From Squalus acanthias (Eukaryota): DNA of 64,000 bases. The DNA lies in assembly GCA_030390025.1 (NCBI GenBank), contig CM059432.1, positions 107,448,001 through 107,512,000 on the forward strand, in the 5' to 3' direction. Positions 37,944-51,085 of this stretch are shown in pieces. A program made the translations under genes and the position numbers. Position 1 is the first letter of the stretch. The number at the start of each line of letters is the position of its first letter. Below the pieces are notes generated by a model, which was not told the origin of the DNA, ran no database searches, and saw only the letters and a program-made list of their open reading frames with translations.

Positions 37944-39056
37944 GGCTAGAAATTCATTATAGCCCAGGAATGGGCGGTATCTTTAGAAAAGTTTGAGAAT
38001 TAATTAATGCATTAGACTGCACGCAAAATTCATTCTCACTGCTCAAAGAAATGATTGGGGCGATAAATCAAGTCTTAAAGGCCTAGCTCAGTGAGGTTAC
38101 ACTGAAAGGGTGGACCAATATCGGGTGCAGTCTAATCTCAAGTCATCATTGCCGTAGGCTTTTCCCAGTACTTAAAGGGGAGGTTCATTGATACTGCAGC
38201 ACCTCATTCTCAGCATTGCTGGCTGTGCAGCTGCCTCAGCAAGGAGAAGCACAACAAGGAGAAGGAGCCGGAGGACTGAAGCAGGTGTGCTCATGGCAGA
38301 TCCACCTCAGACAGGTGGTCAGGGTGATTGAATGCTTCAACAAATCCTACATACCACCATCTGTATCACAAGTTTCACACACTGTCCAAAACACCAAACC
38401 CCCAGCGCTCACCCACCAACAATCTCTACCTACCAACACTCACACCCACATCTCACGCTTTGCACACAATGACAGCTTTTCAACTATGGCAGGCACAAGG
38501 GTCATTATTTATTAGAATGTGTGTGATATGTTTATGCGTAAATTTATTAATGGAGTTTGCAATATTTTGTAGTCTCCCTCATTTCACCTTTGTGCCCAGG
38601 AGGACGCTGTGATATGGCATGACACAGGGATGGTATGATGGGCATGTGGTGAGCAAAAGGGATCTGGGGTGTAAGTCATCCTGCTGTGAGGCTGGAGGTC
38701 TGTTTGGAGGAGGTGGCAGAGTGATGCGGAGCCATCTAATACACTGATCCTCACTTAATTGAAGGTAGAAGTGCTGTCGGAATACCCTGAGGGTAAGGCC
38801 TCCTGTTGAGAGCCCTGATGTCCCTCTTCATCCCTCTGTGCAAATGTTCCCGTCATTCTCGCTGCCTACACTCCCTGCACCGTAGATCCTGGAGGGTGAG
38901 GTGGCATGCCAGCACAGCCCCCATTAATGTTGCCTCCCCATGCCAGGAGTCCTCCTCCCCACCCCCCATGCTCCTCCAGCCTTCCAATGTTGTCTGCCTC
39001 CCCCCGCCTCCGTTCTCCTTCCTCCCCGCTCCTCCTCACCCCCCCACCACTCCTTC
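37944..39056. mobile_element. Deleted Harbinger derivative related to 14029-19591
   Basis: Begins ggctagaattc-like (ggctagaaattc). Segments match 14230-14760, 15525-15600 and 16500-16640 (e.g. tgtgcccaggaggacgctgtgat). Confidence 0.65.
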
Positions 39057-40955
39057 AGAAGGGGAAAATAGAATATGAAAGTAAGCTTGCTGGGAACATA
39101 AAAACTGACTGTAAGAGCTTTTATAGATATGTGAAGAGAAAAAGATTAGTGAAATCAAGTGTAGGTCCCTTGCAGTCAGAAGCGGGGGAAGTTATAATGG
39201 GGAACAAAGAAATGGCAGCCCAATTAAATGCATATTTTGGTTCTGTCTTCACAAAGGAGGACACAAATAACCTCCCAGAGATGTTGGAGAACATACGGTC
39301 TGATGAAAGGGAGGAACTGAAAGAAATCAGTATTTGCAGGGAAATGGTGTTAGGGAAATTGACGGTATTGAAGGCCGATAAATCCCCAGGGCCTGATAAT
39401 CTACATCCTAGGGTACTTAAGGAAGTGGCCCTAGAAATAGTAGATGCATTGCTGATCATCTTCCAACATTCGATGGAATCTGGAACTGTACCCATGGATT
39501 GGAGGGTAGCTAATGTTACCCCACTATTCAAAAAGGGTGGTAGAGAGAAAGCGGGGAATTAAGCCTGACATCGGTAGTGGGGGAAATGCTAGAGTCCATT
39601 ATAAAGGATGTAATAGCTGAGCATTTGAAAAACAGTGACAGGATCGGACAAAGTCAACATGGATTTACAAAAGGTAAATCGTGCTTGACTAATCTACTGG
39701 AATTTTTTGAGGATGTAACTGGGAAAATAGATAAGGGAGAACCAGTAGATGTGGTGTATTTGGACTTTCAAAAGGCTTTCGATAAGGTCCCGCATAAGAG
39801 ATTAGCGGGTAAAGTTAAGGCACATGGGATTGGGGGCAAGGTATTGACTTGGATAGAGAACTGGTTGGCGGACAGAAAGCAGAGAGTAGGAATTAATGGG
39901 TCTTTTTCCGAGTGGCAAGCAGTGACTAGTGGGGTACCGCAGGGATCGGTCCTTGGACCCCAGCTATTCACAATATACATTAATGATCTAGATAAGGGAA
40001 TTAAATGTAATATCTCCAAGTTTGCAGATGACACAAAGCTGGGTGGGAGTGTGTGCAGCGAGGAGAATAGCGAGAAACTCCAGGATGATCTGGACAGGTT
40101 GGGTGAGTGGGCAGAAGCGTGGCAGATGCAATATAACGTGGATAAGTGCGAGGTTATCCACTTTGGTGTCAAAAACAGAAAGGCAGACTATTATCTGAAT
40201 GGCAATAGATTGGGAGAAGGGGAAGTGCAACGAGACCTGGGTGTCCTTGTGCACCAGTCGCTGAAAGTAAGCATGCAGGTGCAGCAGGCGGTGAAGAAGG
40301 CAAATGGTATGTTGGCCTTCATAGCGAAAGGGTTTGAGTATAGGAACAGGGATGTCCTGCTGCAGTTGTACAGGGCCTTGGTGAGACCACACCTTGAGTA
40401 CTGTGTGCAGTTTTGGTCGCCTTATCTGAGGAAGGATGTTCTTGCCATGGAAGGAGTTCAGCGAAGATTCACAAGACTGATACCTGGGATGGCAGGAATG
40501 ACATATGAGGAGAGATTGGGTCGATTGGGCTTATACTCACTGGAGTATAGAAGAATGAGAGGGGATCTCATCGAAACATATAAAATTCTGACAGGTCTGG
40601 ACAAACTAGATGCAGGAAGAATGTTCCCGATGGTTGGAGAGTCCAGAACCAGGGGTCATAATCTACGGATAACGGGTAAACCATTTAGGACAGAAATGAG
40701 GGAGAATTTCTTCACCCAGAGAGTGGTGAACCTGTGGAATTCTCTACCACAGAAGGTAGTTGAGGCGAAGTCATTAAATATATTCAAGGATGAGTTAGAT
40801 ATATTTCTTAAAGCTAAAGGTATCGAGGGATATGGGGAGAAGGCAGGTACAGGGTACTGAGTTTAGATGATCAGCCATGATCTCATCGAATGGCGGAGCA
40901 GGCTCGAGGGGCCGAATGGCCTACTCCTGCTCCTATCTTCTATGTTTCTATGATC
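39057..40955 (+). mobile_element. 5'-truncated young CR1 LINE with an uninterrupted 427-aa RT/C-terminal ORF
   Basis: ORFs 38906-39562 (CR1 part from ~39057) and 39577-40860; a small deletion removes YRPV at ~39560; tail ttctatgtttctatg. Confidence 0.95.
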
Positions 40956-40959
40956 TTTA

Positions 40960-41500
40960 CTGACACTTCCCCCCCCTCCTCCCCTCTGCCCCCCTGCCCG
41001 CGATCTCCACCTACTCCCCCCCCTCCCCCGGCGATCCTCTTGCGACCGCCCCCACCCTGCCCCCTCCGGCCGCTCCACGGTCCCCGATCCTCTTGCAACC
41101 CCCCGCCCCCGCACCCCCCTCTGCTCTCTGACCTCCGATCCTGTTGCAAACCTACCCCCCGCTCCTCCGGCCGGTCCCCGGTCCCCGATTCTCTTGCAAC
41201 ACCCCTCCCCCCCACCCAACCACCTCCCCCCCAACACCCCGTGATCCTCCAGCTGCCTCCCCGGGCCCCATGCGATCCCTCCCTCCCTCCTCTCTGTGGC
41301 CTAGTGCCGCAGGCCTACCCATCCGAAGCCAGCCTGTCTCTCAATCTGGCTGGCTGCGGGTGGGAAACAAACGCTTCCCATGCAAATCAGGCCCTGCCGT
41401 TAAAGTCAGCAGGGCCTGTGGGAAACCCGTTCTCCTGGGTTTCCTGACTGCTTCGGAGCCCCCCTGCTCCCAACCTGCCTCCCCATGAAACTTCAGCCCA
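40960..41500. mobile_element. MITE-like element with C-rich CGATC core (family of 1100-1860)
   Basis: 41310-41440 is the reverse complement of 1100-1235; ends in aaacttcagccc. Confidence 0.6.
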
Positions 41501-41693
41501 CAGTTATTAGAAACCTGCTGATAATCATGGGCCATATATGGACAGAGAGGGATTCTACTCCCTCCAAGTCCGGATGGTGAGTGACTATCATTAGAAAGTT
41601 ATGCAGTTGACACCATGGTTCCCATGATTTTATTTGAAAATGATGCTAGTGTCATACTGTGAGCTGATTTGCAAATGTTCACAGAGATTCTTA

Positions 41694-42375
41694 GGTGTCA
41701 AAATTCGGCTGCTTGGCGTCTCCCGTTAGAGCCCCAGGGGGGGGCGCTAACGGGATGCAAAGCAACTAGCGCCCGGGCGATGCACCGCTAACACCTCTCG
41801 TGAAATTCTACGGGAGGTTAGCGGCGGTAGCAGCCGGTAGCGGCCCGCGGCGCTGCACCTCCGGCGATGACGTAATCTCCGTGCACCACGCCCCACTCGC
41901 GCCCTGGCCGCAAACCTGGGTCGCGCCCCCTGACGACCGCCGGACGCTATGTCCGACAGGGTCAGGGGGGCGTACGGGCTGCCGGGGCGGCGATATTTAA
42001 AGGGGAGGTGCCAGCCGGCCATTTTTTTTGCTGGCTGCCTGTCAGCAACTTCCCCCTCTGCCCTCCTCCCGTGGGGTGCCGGCTGTGATCGGGCAGCCGA
42101 CACTCCTCGAGTGCCAGGCTCTTTTGCCGGCACCCCACTCCCTGGTGACCCAGTTGGGCCCCGGTTCACGCTGCGCAAGGCCCCTCCCCTTTAATCAGGG
42201 GAGGAAGGCATGCAGTACTGCGGCGTGATATTGGGCTGGAGCGGCCCAAGAGGGAGGGGGAGTGCTTCCAGTAGTGCCCCGCCTCCTGCTCGGGGCGCTA
42301 CCATCCAATTTCTACTAAAAGTAGCGTCCCAGTGAAGTTAGCGCCCCAAAGGGGGCGCGACCCAATTTTTCCCCC
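41694..42375. mobile_element. GC-rich Harbinger-type MITE, TTA flanks
   Basis: tta|ggtgtcaaaatt...aatttttccccc|tta; inverted homologue of 59462-60063. Confidence 0.7.
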
Positions 42376-42642
42376 TTAACTTCTACATGGTAGATGTATT
42401 GTTTGAATATGATTGTTGGAATTGGAACAATCAGAAATGCTCGCAGTAGATTTCTTGCCTCCTTGGAGTTGGTTACAGTGTAGTTCAATTGTAATGAGAA
42501 AAACAGAAAACAAAGATTTGTAAATGTTATGGATGTTATTGTTTATTTGTGAAGCAATGGCCCCTTCTCACTTTCTACAGTTTCATCACCAGTTTTATTT
42601 CCCTCAAGGGGAGTCAATTTAAATCTAATCTGCAGAAACAAC

Positions 42643-44377
42643 GGCCGCGAATTTAATAGAGCTCAGAGGGTGGGTTTGGAGGCGGGTCCGCTGTCAAAAT
42701 AGCAAAGATTGACAGCGGGTAGGAAACCCGCAGTCAACCCGCCTCCACACGAATCTCCCAGGTGTCAGGCCTGTCAGCGGAGAACTGACCCGACACCAAG
42801 CGGCGAGGGATACAATTCAACTTGTTAAATGGCTTGTTGAGAGCCAATTTAAGATTATTTTGAGGCTTACTTCAAATTTTACGTTCTCCCCCACGGGTTA
42901 CCCGCTTTTCGGGGAACATGCCAGCTTAACATGCCGTGTTTTGAGTCTGCTCTGATGTTTGTGATAAGCTGACAGCTGCAGAAGTGGTGTAAAGGATACC
43001 ATGTTGCAGATGGTGAGTTTCAGAGCGCAGAAAATGTTGGTTACTGCATTTTTAATACATATACAGATTTCTTTAGCTTACAAGTTTTTAGATCCACCTC
43101 ATTGGGAGAACCTCTCTCACCATTGACAGATCGCTTCTGTCATCTCACCTGCAGCTGCCATCTATTGCAGCAACATCAGAGCCATTGAAACAATCAGACC
43201 TTGGTCCTCCGAATCCTTCCACGATCAGCCCCAACACCAATATCACCAGGCACACCAACATCACCAACCTCATCACCAACCTTCTCCGCCATCACCTGAT
43301 GCTGCACAGGACACAGGGCATCAGCCCCTGACAACATTGCTGCCCGGGAGGCCAGCGATGGTATTACCATATCCAGATTTACTTCACCAGCACCGTGAAG
43401 CATCCCTTTAATGTCCAAGCCATTTCATGCACATTCATCACTATAGCGGGGTGGGTGTGGGGGGCGGGGGGGGGGGGGAAGTTATGACTGAACAATCACT
43501 GGAACTCAGTAAGACACTTCTCAAGGTGCGCTCAGATCTGTCCAATAAGGGGCAGTTTTGGAAAAATAGATTTCACTGTATGACAACACATTACCAGAAA
43601 CTTCACATGGACATTGGCTAAACCTCTCAAGTGCCTACCCTTGTGTGTTGTTAGTTTGTATGCTTGTTAGGATGAGGGTGAGTGTGAGGGGTGGCTAGTG
43701 AGATGGGGAAGGGATAATGTAGATAGAGAGGGATGGGTGGAGGTGCAAGGTAAGTTGGTGTGAGTAAGGATGTGCAAGAGAAGTGTAGGGAAGGTAGAGT
43801 GATGGGGATGTGTTGAGTGGCACAGCAGGGTGAGTTTGAGTGTGGCTTTGCAGTAACGTTTCGTGATCCACTGAGATCATTGAACAGTTGGCACCACTGC
43901 AGCCAGGGACCCCTGACGACATCCCTACTTTTGCCCTCCTGTGCAATGTGCAACCAGGCTGCGTTGGTGTCCTGGGGAGGTCTCTTCTGCCCTTGGAAGG
44001 GAAGAGAACCTCCCTGCGTGTTGTGGCTCCCTCCATAAGCACATGGAGGGAGTTATTGGAGAGCCTCGGTGCAAGCGTTCACCTTTGTGCAGTGCTTGTC
44101 AGTATTTGCAGCATCTCAATGCTGTCAAGCACTGACAGAACAACTGTCAAACTCCATGTGGACGTGGTCCCCTTAAGGAAACCGGCTGATGACACATCAT
44201 CAAATGACATAATCAGAATCGCTTCCTGTTAATTGGCCGGGAAGCCCGCAAGGCGGGCTTAACAAGGCCAATCAAGGGAAAATCCCATTTACAGAGTGGC
44301 TGCAGCTGGGAGCAGGACCGGAACCCGGAAACCAGCTCTCCCGCCCCCATCCCGCCTCCTCCATTAAATTCGCGGCC
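42643..44377. mobile_element. Non-autonomous Harbinger element (15-bp TIR GGCCGCGAATTTAAT) retaining a Myb/SANT remnant on the minus strand
   Basis: ggccgcgaatttaat at 42643-42657 and attaaattcgcggcc at 44363-44377, flanks aac/aat; TTRREVLFP...WLQW..LFNDL at ~43870-44045. Confidence 0.8.
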
Positions 44378-44765
44378 AATATTTCAGTGAGCGAGTGGTC
44401 AATCTATGGAACAGACTCCCTAGGGAGACAGTGGAAGCAGGTAGTATTGATTCATTCAAATGCAAGATCGATAGATTTCCTTCAGAAAATAATATTTTGG
44501 AATACAGTATGAGTAATTTGAGACACAACATGTGGTAAGTGTAGCTTGCTTGGGAGAAACAGGTAACTTTGGACCTATGGTTCTCCACCACTTGGATTTT
44601 CCTTGTGTCATGTCTGGATCTGTTGTAGACTAATTGATAGAGATTGATTGCTCTGATTAGTCAACTACTCCAGTATCGTTGTATCATGCGACTACCAGAA
44701 TGCTAAAAGGCAAACTAGATGTCTTGGTCTTTTTTGATCCAGCAATTCCTGTGTTCCTATGTTTA
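44378..44765 (+). mobile_element. CR1-like 3' fragment
   Basis: FSERVVNLWNRLP...SFKCKIDRF; tail ttcctgtgttcctatg. Confidence 0.65.
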
Positions 44766-45169
44766 AGACTGCTTGCCTCCATTGATCTTGTTCAGCTCTA
44801 GACCAGAACAGACATTACAAGTTCAAAGGATGCTCCTCAGCTGCGGCCCAATACCATCTCTGGCCAACACTTGGTTGAGGTTCAGCATCAGGAATTGTGA
44901 TTCCTGTGAGGTATGGTGTTTTTCTTCCCCAGTGGACATGTACTCCATGCCCATGGATTCTCCCCTCTCCAACTCTACTCATCAGCTGAAAAACACATCA
45001 CAGGTCGATTTGAGTTTCATGTACGGTCCTGGGATTCAAATCAGGTGCGTGTGAATCCTAAGACTTATCCAGTGTTACGGCATACAAGCCAATCAGAAGG
45101 GGTGATATAAAACCTTGGCTTGGAGGTTGGATAGTACTCGGCAGTATGCGGTCAGCTCCTAGAGACAGT

Positions 45170-45930
45170 GGCCCATATTTTCCGATGCCTACGGGTGTGT
45201 ACGGGCTGTGTACACACCCGTAGGGACATCGGAAATGCCGGTTTCAGGCATGCGAAGCGCATGCGCTGAAAAGCAGCATTTCCGATCTGTCAAGAATCCT
45301 CCTGACAGATCGGACGCCTGCCCTAAAGAAGGGCCTCTGCGGGCGGAGAGTTCCGCTTTCTGCAGAACCTCCGCCCGCTGAAATCCCTTAGAAATCTTAC
45401 GCCTGGTAAAAGCAGGCATAAGGCCTGCTTTTACCAGCATAAGAGTTTTAAAAAGTTTTTAAAAATTTTTTCACTCATTTTAAATTACTTTTAAAATACT
45501 TTTAAAAAAGGTAAGTTTATTTTTAGCCCCGTAAAAAACTTTAATTATTTTTTTCAAAAAATTAAATTTTTGTTTAAAATATTTAATTTAATGTAATTTT
45601 AACTCATTTTAAAAACATGATTTAAAAAAGATCTATTTAATGTTTGAGTGTCTTTTTGGAGTAATCTCCATTCATATATTTGATAGGTCTATCTGTCAAA
45701 AGTATGAAGGGAGATTCCCTTCTCCTATTGGCTGGCCTGGCCCACGTGATCCCAGGGACGCTTGCGAACTGCATGGGCCCCTGGGACACGTGGGCCCTGC
45801 GCATTTCAACTGTGGAGAGGCCCAGGAGCGGAAGTGTCCGGACCTCGGGAGCCCTCAGGTAAGTTCGTAGATTTTTTTACAATAGGAGGCATCTGCACGC
45901 AGGAAGCCTCCTGTCGGAAATTACAGGCCC
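45170..45930. mobile_element. MITE-like element with multiple internal hairpins and an AT-rich core
   Basis: Imperfect TIR ggcccatattttccga / tcggaaattacaggccc; hairpins at 45179-45235, 45282-45312 and 45403-45437. Confidence 0.65.
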
Positions 45931-46419
45931 TACTCAATGCTAGCCTTCCACAACCCCTCCCCCGCCCCATAAGCATGCAAACTACCTCCAAGAGGGAGAG
46001 GAAAATAAATTAACAGGAGCACCTTACCTAAAGCTGAGGAAAGGGCAATGATTGAACACTACACCACCACCAGTCCATCTGGACAGGATCCCCTCTGTCC
46101 ATGAATACCAACGAACCCCAGAGGCTACGTCCACAGAGATTGGCCAAATCACACAGTGTCAGTGAATTTTCCCACTATACCATGTAATGAAACTGTACAA
46201 TGGCCTCAGTTATATATAAATAAGCCTCGCACATAGGGCATCGCACTTGAAAATCAGTCATAACATCTCAAAAACGGATATAAAATGCACAAAAACCATG
46301 ACTGACCAAAATAACCAGTGCCTGCTAACTTAATGAAACGGGTTACTTTGCATTTAATCACTAGGATATTTTAGCCAACCAAAAGCCACATCCGACCAAT
46401 CAAATGGCTCATGTTTTTT

Positions 46420-47225
46420 TCAAAGTGCGAAGTGATACATTTTAGTCTGAAAAACGAGGAGAGGCAATATAAACTAAAGGGTACAATCCTAAAGTGGGTG
46501 CATGAACAGAGAGACTGGGGGGGTATATGTGCACAAATCGTTGAAAGCGGCAGGGCAGGTTGAGAAAGCAGTTAAAAAAGCTTATGGGATCCTGGGCTTC
46601 ATGAATAAAGGTCTATAGAGTACAAAAGCGTGGAAATTATGATGAACCTGTATAAAACACTGGTTCGGCCTCAACTGAAGTATTGTGTCCAATTCTTGTC
46701 ACCGCACTTTAGGAAGGATGTGAAGGCCTTAGAGAGGGTGCAGAAAAGATTTACTAGAATGGTTCCAGGGATGAGGGACTTCAGTTACGTGGATAGACTG
46801 GAAAAGCTGGGGTTGTTTTCCTTAGAGCAGAGAAGGTTGAGAGGAGATTTGATAGAGGTGTTCAAAATCATGAGGGGTCTAGACAGAGTAGCTAGAGAGA
46901 AACTGTTCCCATTGGTGGAAGGGTCGAGAACCAGAGGACACAGATTTAAGGTGATTGGCAGAAGAAGTAAAGGCGACATGAAGAAAAACTTTTTTACGCA
47001 GCAAGTGGTTAGGATCTGGAATGCACTGCCTGAAAGGGTGGTGTAGGCAGATTCAATCGTGGCTTTCTGAAGGGAATTGGATAAGTACCTGAAGGAGAAA
47101 AATTAGCAGGGCTACGGGGAAAGTGCGGGGGAGTGGGACTAGCTGAAGTGCTCTTGCAGAGAGCCGGCACAGGCTCGATGGGCCAAATGGCCTCCTTCTG
47201 TGCTGTAACCATTCTATGATTCTAA
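46420..47225 (+). mobile_element. CR1 3' fragment (same subfamily as 11875-13272 and 16664-19010)
   Basis: ORF 46630-47046 LYKTLVRPQLKYCVQF...; tail attctatgattcta. Confidence 0.9.
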
Positions 47226-47349
47226 GCCCAGAAGCAGTAACAACCACAAAAATGAGCCAATCAAATTGCTCCACTAATTTCTTCATTTTTTTTTTTTGGT
47301 TGCCATTTTCTTTCTTGACTCAGATCAGTGAATACAATGAAAAATAACG

Positions 47350-47957
47350 GGCCATAATTTGCTGTAGCAGGGCATCTAACGGCCTCTGCCGTTACTTAGA
47401 CTTGCCCTTGCATGTTTAGGTTTTAAATATACAGTGCAAGTACTGAGAAGGATGTGTAAATTGGAGTGGGTAAATTGATTTGATTGAGAAAGAGAGGAAC
47501 AAGAGACAGAAAGGATTTTTTTAAAATTACATTTAAAATTTAATATTTTTTAAATCTCCAACAACAATTAAAACCTGAAGGACTGAGACTCCACACTTGT
47601 AATAGTTAATTTTCAGTGCCAGAGAGGTTCATAGACAGTAATTAACACAAATCACGTCATTGAAAGGGTACCTAGACTTGAAATTTCTTGCCTTAACTTT
47701 CTGTGGTGAGTTTAGTTCGTATCTACCGCGCAAATACAGCAACTTCAAACCATTCAATATATTTCAATGGTGAGCCAGACAGCGAGATGCCATTTTCGCG
47801 AAGGTAGCTGCTGAGTGGTGAAACTCGGACAGCACTTTTGGATTTTTGAGTTTAACCACACATCTGTCCCTCGCCTGAAGTTGCTGTAGCATTTGCACAT
47901 AAATAACAGCGAGCGCCATTAGCCTCACCATTATTTTGACAGCAAATTTTGGCCCAA
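47350..47957. mobile_element. Harbinger-type MITE
   Basis: TIR gggccataatttgctgt / acagcaaattttggccc, flanks aac/aat. Confidence 0.7.
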
Positions 47958-49564
47958 TATTAAAAATATATAATCTTTTAAAAATGGGACAATTCCAAGA
48001 TGCCACGGTTAGGCCGCAGTGGGTCTGAGGCAAACGTTATAAAATCTCATCTCAGCTCTGTGTATAAAATTTTGAGGAAAAATTTAACAAAAAATAAATG
48101 TATATTTATTGCACTGCAAAAATGGTGTTGCCAGCTGGATAGAATTTAAATTAGATTTTCAACGTGGCATTGCAGTTCAGCTGCCTGTTATAGAAACTGC
48201 CCGATTTGCATTCAAATCAAGTTGAAAATCTATCCCATTGAGTCACGGAATAACTGACTATTGAGCTGCTGGAGATGTAAATCCCGGAGGTGAATGTCCT
48301 TGGGCCTTCTCCCGCTCAGCCACCTTAACTCCAGTGGAAACCACATTTACAGCGGTGGAATGGGAGAAGGCCCAAGGAACATTCATTCCCAACTCCCCCG
48401 CCCACCACCCGATTTTCGTTTGATGTTACAGCAACCAGTAGGTGGGTGAGGGAGCCTTTCCACTGACTCTCGCCAACACTCCTGAGATTTCCACTAGAAG
48501 TGACAGCCGCCCAAATATGGGTTGGTCCATTATAATGGCCAGATGATGTCACACAACATTTTTCCTGCCATTTTTGCCCTTGGAACAGTGTGACACTGTT
48601 GGTCTTAGGTGTGGGGGTGGGGAGGGGGAGTGGATCGGGTGGGGAAGAGGTTTAAAACTAAGTAATCTCTTTGACTAAGGAGATTGATCACAGAGCAAAG
48701 TGGTTGGTTGCCCTGATCCAAAAAAATGGAAGATTTTTGCTGTCACTGCACTGTGGCAAGGTGCCTCAGCCATTTCTCTCCCCTCCCCTCCTTGTGGAGG
48801 GTATCACAGAGGCACTCTAAGATACCCCAGGAAATGGGCCTGGGCCATGGGCGCAGGCAATGAAGTCCTGTCCCAAGCACAATCTGGCAACATGGCGCCT
48901 CAAAGGAAAATTGGCCCCAATAGTCTACCTGGTCGTGTATTAATCAGCTTAGAATGAATGTCCCAGCACTTTATGAAGGAGACCTGACTGAAGCATAAAC
49001 ATTTGTTGAGCGTTTAACTGATTAAGTCTCCTGCTGCGGAATACACCATGTTGGATTATTGAATATCTCCATTTAATATCATAGGGCTGAATTTTCAGCC
49101 GTGCACCCAGCAGAAATGGGGCAATACCACCCCGAAAATGGTGGGTGATGGCCCACTGCCCCCGTCACTGTGGCCACGGCAATATACCCCCAGGGCCTAT
49201 CACTGGGCAATCGGTGTGTCCAACTGAGTCAGACAATAGGCACATTTAAAATGGCAGTTGTCAATTTTGGACTGAGCTGGGTGGGATGTGCGCTGCGCAC
49301 AGTGTCAGCCAGCGTTCCAAGCGAAGATGATCCCCAAGCATATGTTTCTCTTCATTTTTGTGGGGCTGGGAAGAACAAGCTCACCCCCTCAGGCTCCACA
49401 AATGCAGCCTGGGCCTCTGTCGCTCCAGCTGCTCCCTCTACCCCCGCTCCGCAGGTCGCGGCCTTCCCCAGGAACTGAACTTCCTCCGCGGAGCCTGGGG
49501 GCCGGCTGAGCCACCTGATATCGCAAGGGGCCCAAAGCCAGCAGCACTCCCCAGGGCACTAGGT

Positions 49565-50248
49565 TTCCAGTCACAGTGAAACAGCGATTTACTTGTACTT
49601 CTTGCAATTTAGTATACTGTATTCGCTGCTCACACTGGGGGACCAAGCGCAGATTGGGTGACCGCTTTGCGGAACATCTCTGTTCAGTCCGTTAGCGTGA
49701 CCCCGAGCTTCCAGTCGCCTGTCATTTTAATTCTCCGCTCCACTCCCACTCTGACCTCTCCATCCTCGGTCTCTTACACTGTTCCAACGAAGCTCAACGG
49801 AAGCTCGAGGAACAGCACCTCATCTTTCGATTAGACACTTTACAGCCTTCTGGACTCAACACTGAAATCAACAATTTCAGATCATAACCTCTGCCCCCAT
49901 TTTTTTTTCACATGGCAGCTGTTGATGTTTCTGCCATTGCCAATTACACTTCTTCTAGACTCATCTTTTGTTTCTTTACTTGTCCCTTTACCATCTCCTT
50001 TTGCCTTGCATCATCATCCCTTTTGTCTTTTAATCTCTCCTGCCTTCCATCCTATCACAGACCTTCCCTTTTGTTCTTTCCTCCCCTCCCCCCTCTCCCT
50101 GCCCCTGCACTGGCTTAAAAACCTGTTACATCTCTAACTTTTTCCAGTTCTGACGAAGGGTCATCGACCTGAAACGTTAACTCTGTTTCTCTCTCTACAG
50201 ATGCTGCCTGACCTGCTGAGTATTTCCAGCATTTTCTGTTTTTATTCC
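49565..50248 (+). mobile_element. Penelope-like element 3' fragment: GIY-YIG endonuclease C-terminus + pseudo-LTR
   Basis: Hand translation VKQRFTCTSCNLVYCIRCS...TKRRLGDRFAEHL...PVACHFNS..HSHSDLSILGL...RKLEEQHLIFRLDTLQPSGLN; followed by the pLTR carrying the hammerhead. Confidence 0.85.
50146..50182 (+). ncRNA. Candidate minimal hammerhead ribozyme in Penelope pLTR
   Basis: AGTT-CTGACGA-AGGGTC-atc-GACCT-GAAA-CG-TT-AACT. Confidence 0.65.
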
Positions 50249-50619
50249 AAGGTTATGCAAATTGTCCTCATAATTTAACCCTCTAAACCCCTGACCTCCC
50301 GGTGGGATTACTGGTTGGCCAGCCAGTGCATTCCACTCTGGGGGAAAACACACCCTGTCCTGTTTGGAACTTATTCTTCAAATGTGACAGCGAATGATCC
50401 CACTAAAGGCTCACATTTGGAAGAAATTTTCATCCACAAGAGTCATTTTAGGAGAGTGGTCTCTTCCCATATTTGAATGGAAATTACATCAGATTTCATC
50501 AAATTGTTTCTTTAATCTATTAGTGTGTGCTAATGTGGGATTGACTTACCAACCAAAAGCGTATCAGGTGGATTTAGAAGGTTTTTTTTACGAGCATTCA
50601 CCTCCAATCAGCATCAAAT

Positions 50620-51085
50620 CAGCTGTGGTTCATTAGCAGTACTCTCGCCTCTGAGTCAGAAGGTTGTGGGTTCAAGTCCCACACCAGAGACTTGAGCACA
50701 AAATCCAGGCTGACACTTCTGTGCAGTACTGAGGGAGTGCTACCCTGTCGGAGGTGCCCTCTTTCAGATGAGAAGTTAAACTGAGGCCTGTCTGCCCTCT
50801 CAGGTGGATGTAAAAGATCTCATGCCAATTATTTGAAGAAGAGCAGGGGAGTTCTTCCTGGTGTCCTGGCCAATATTTATCCCTCAACCAACATCACTAA
50901 AACAGATTATCTGGTGATTTGTGGTTTGCAGTTTGTGGGACCTTGCTGCACACATTGGCTGCCATGTTTCCGACATTACAACAGTGACTACACTGCAAAA
51001 GTACTTCATTGGCTGTAAAGAACTTTGGGACGTCCAGAGGTTGTGAAAGATGCTATATAAATGCAAGTTCTTTCTTCCTTCTTTA
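50620..51085 (+). mobile_element. Deu-domain tRNA-SINE copy
   Basis: Head gtcagaaggttgtgggttcaagtccc, tail gctatataaatgcaagttctttc. Confidence 0.8.

Noticed and set aside
46020..46130. Strong minus-strand donor TTAG|gtaagg as a candidate short exon 2
   Set aside because: The phase-1 reading frame hits TAG about 11 codons upstream, and there is no convincing signal peptide or acceptor.
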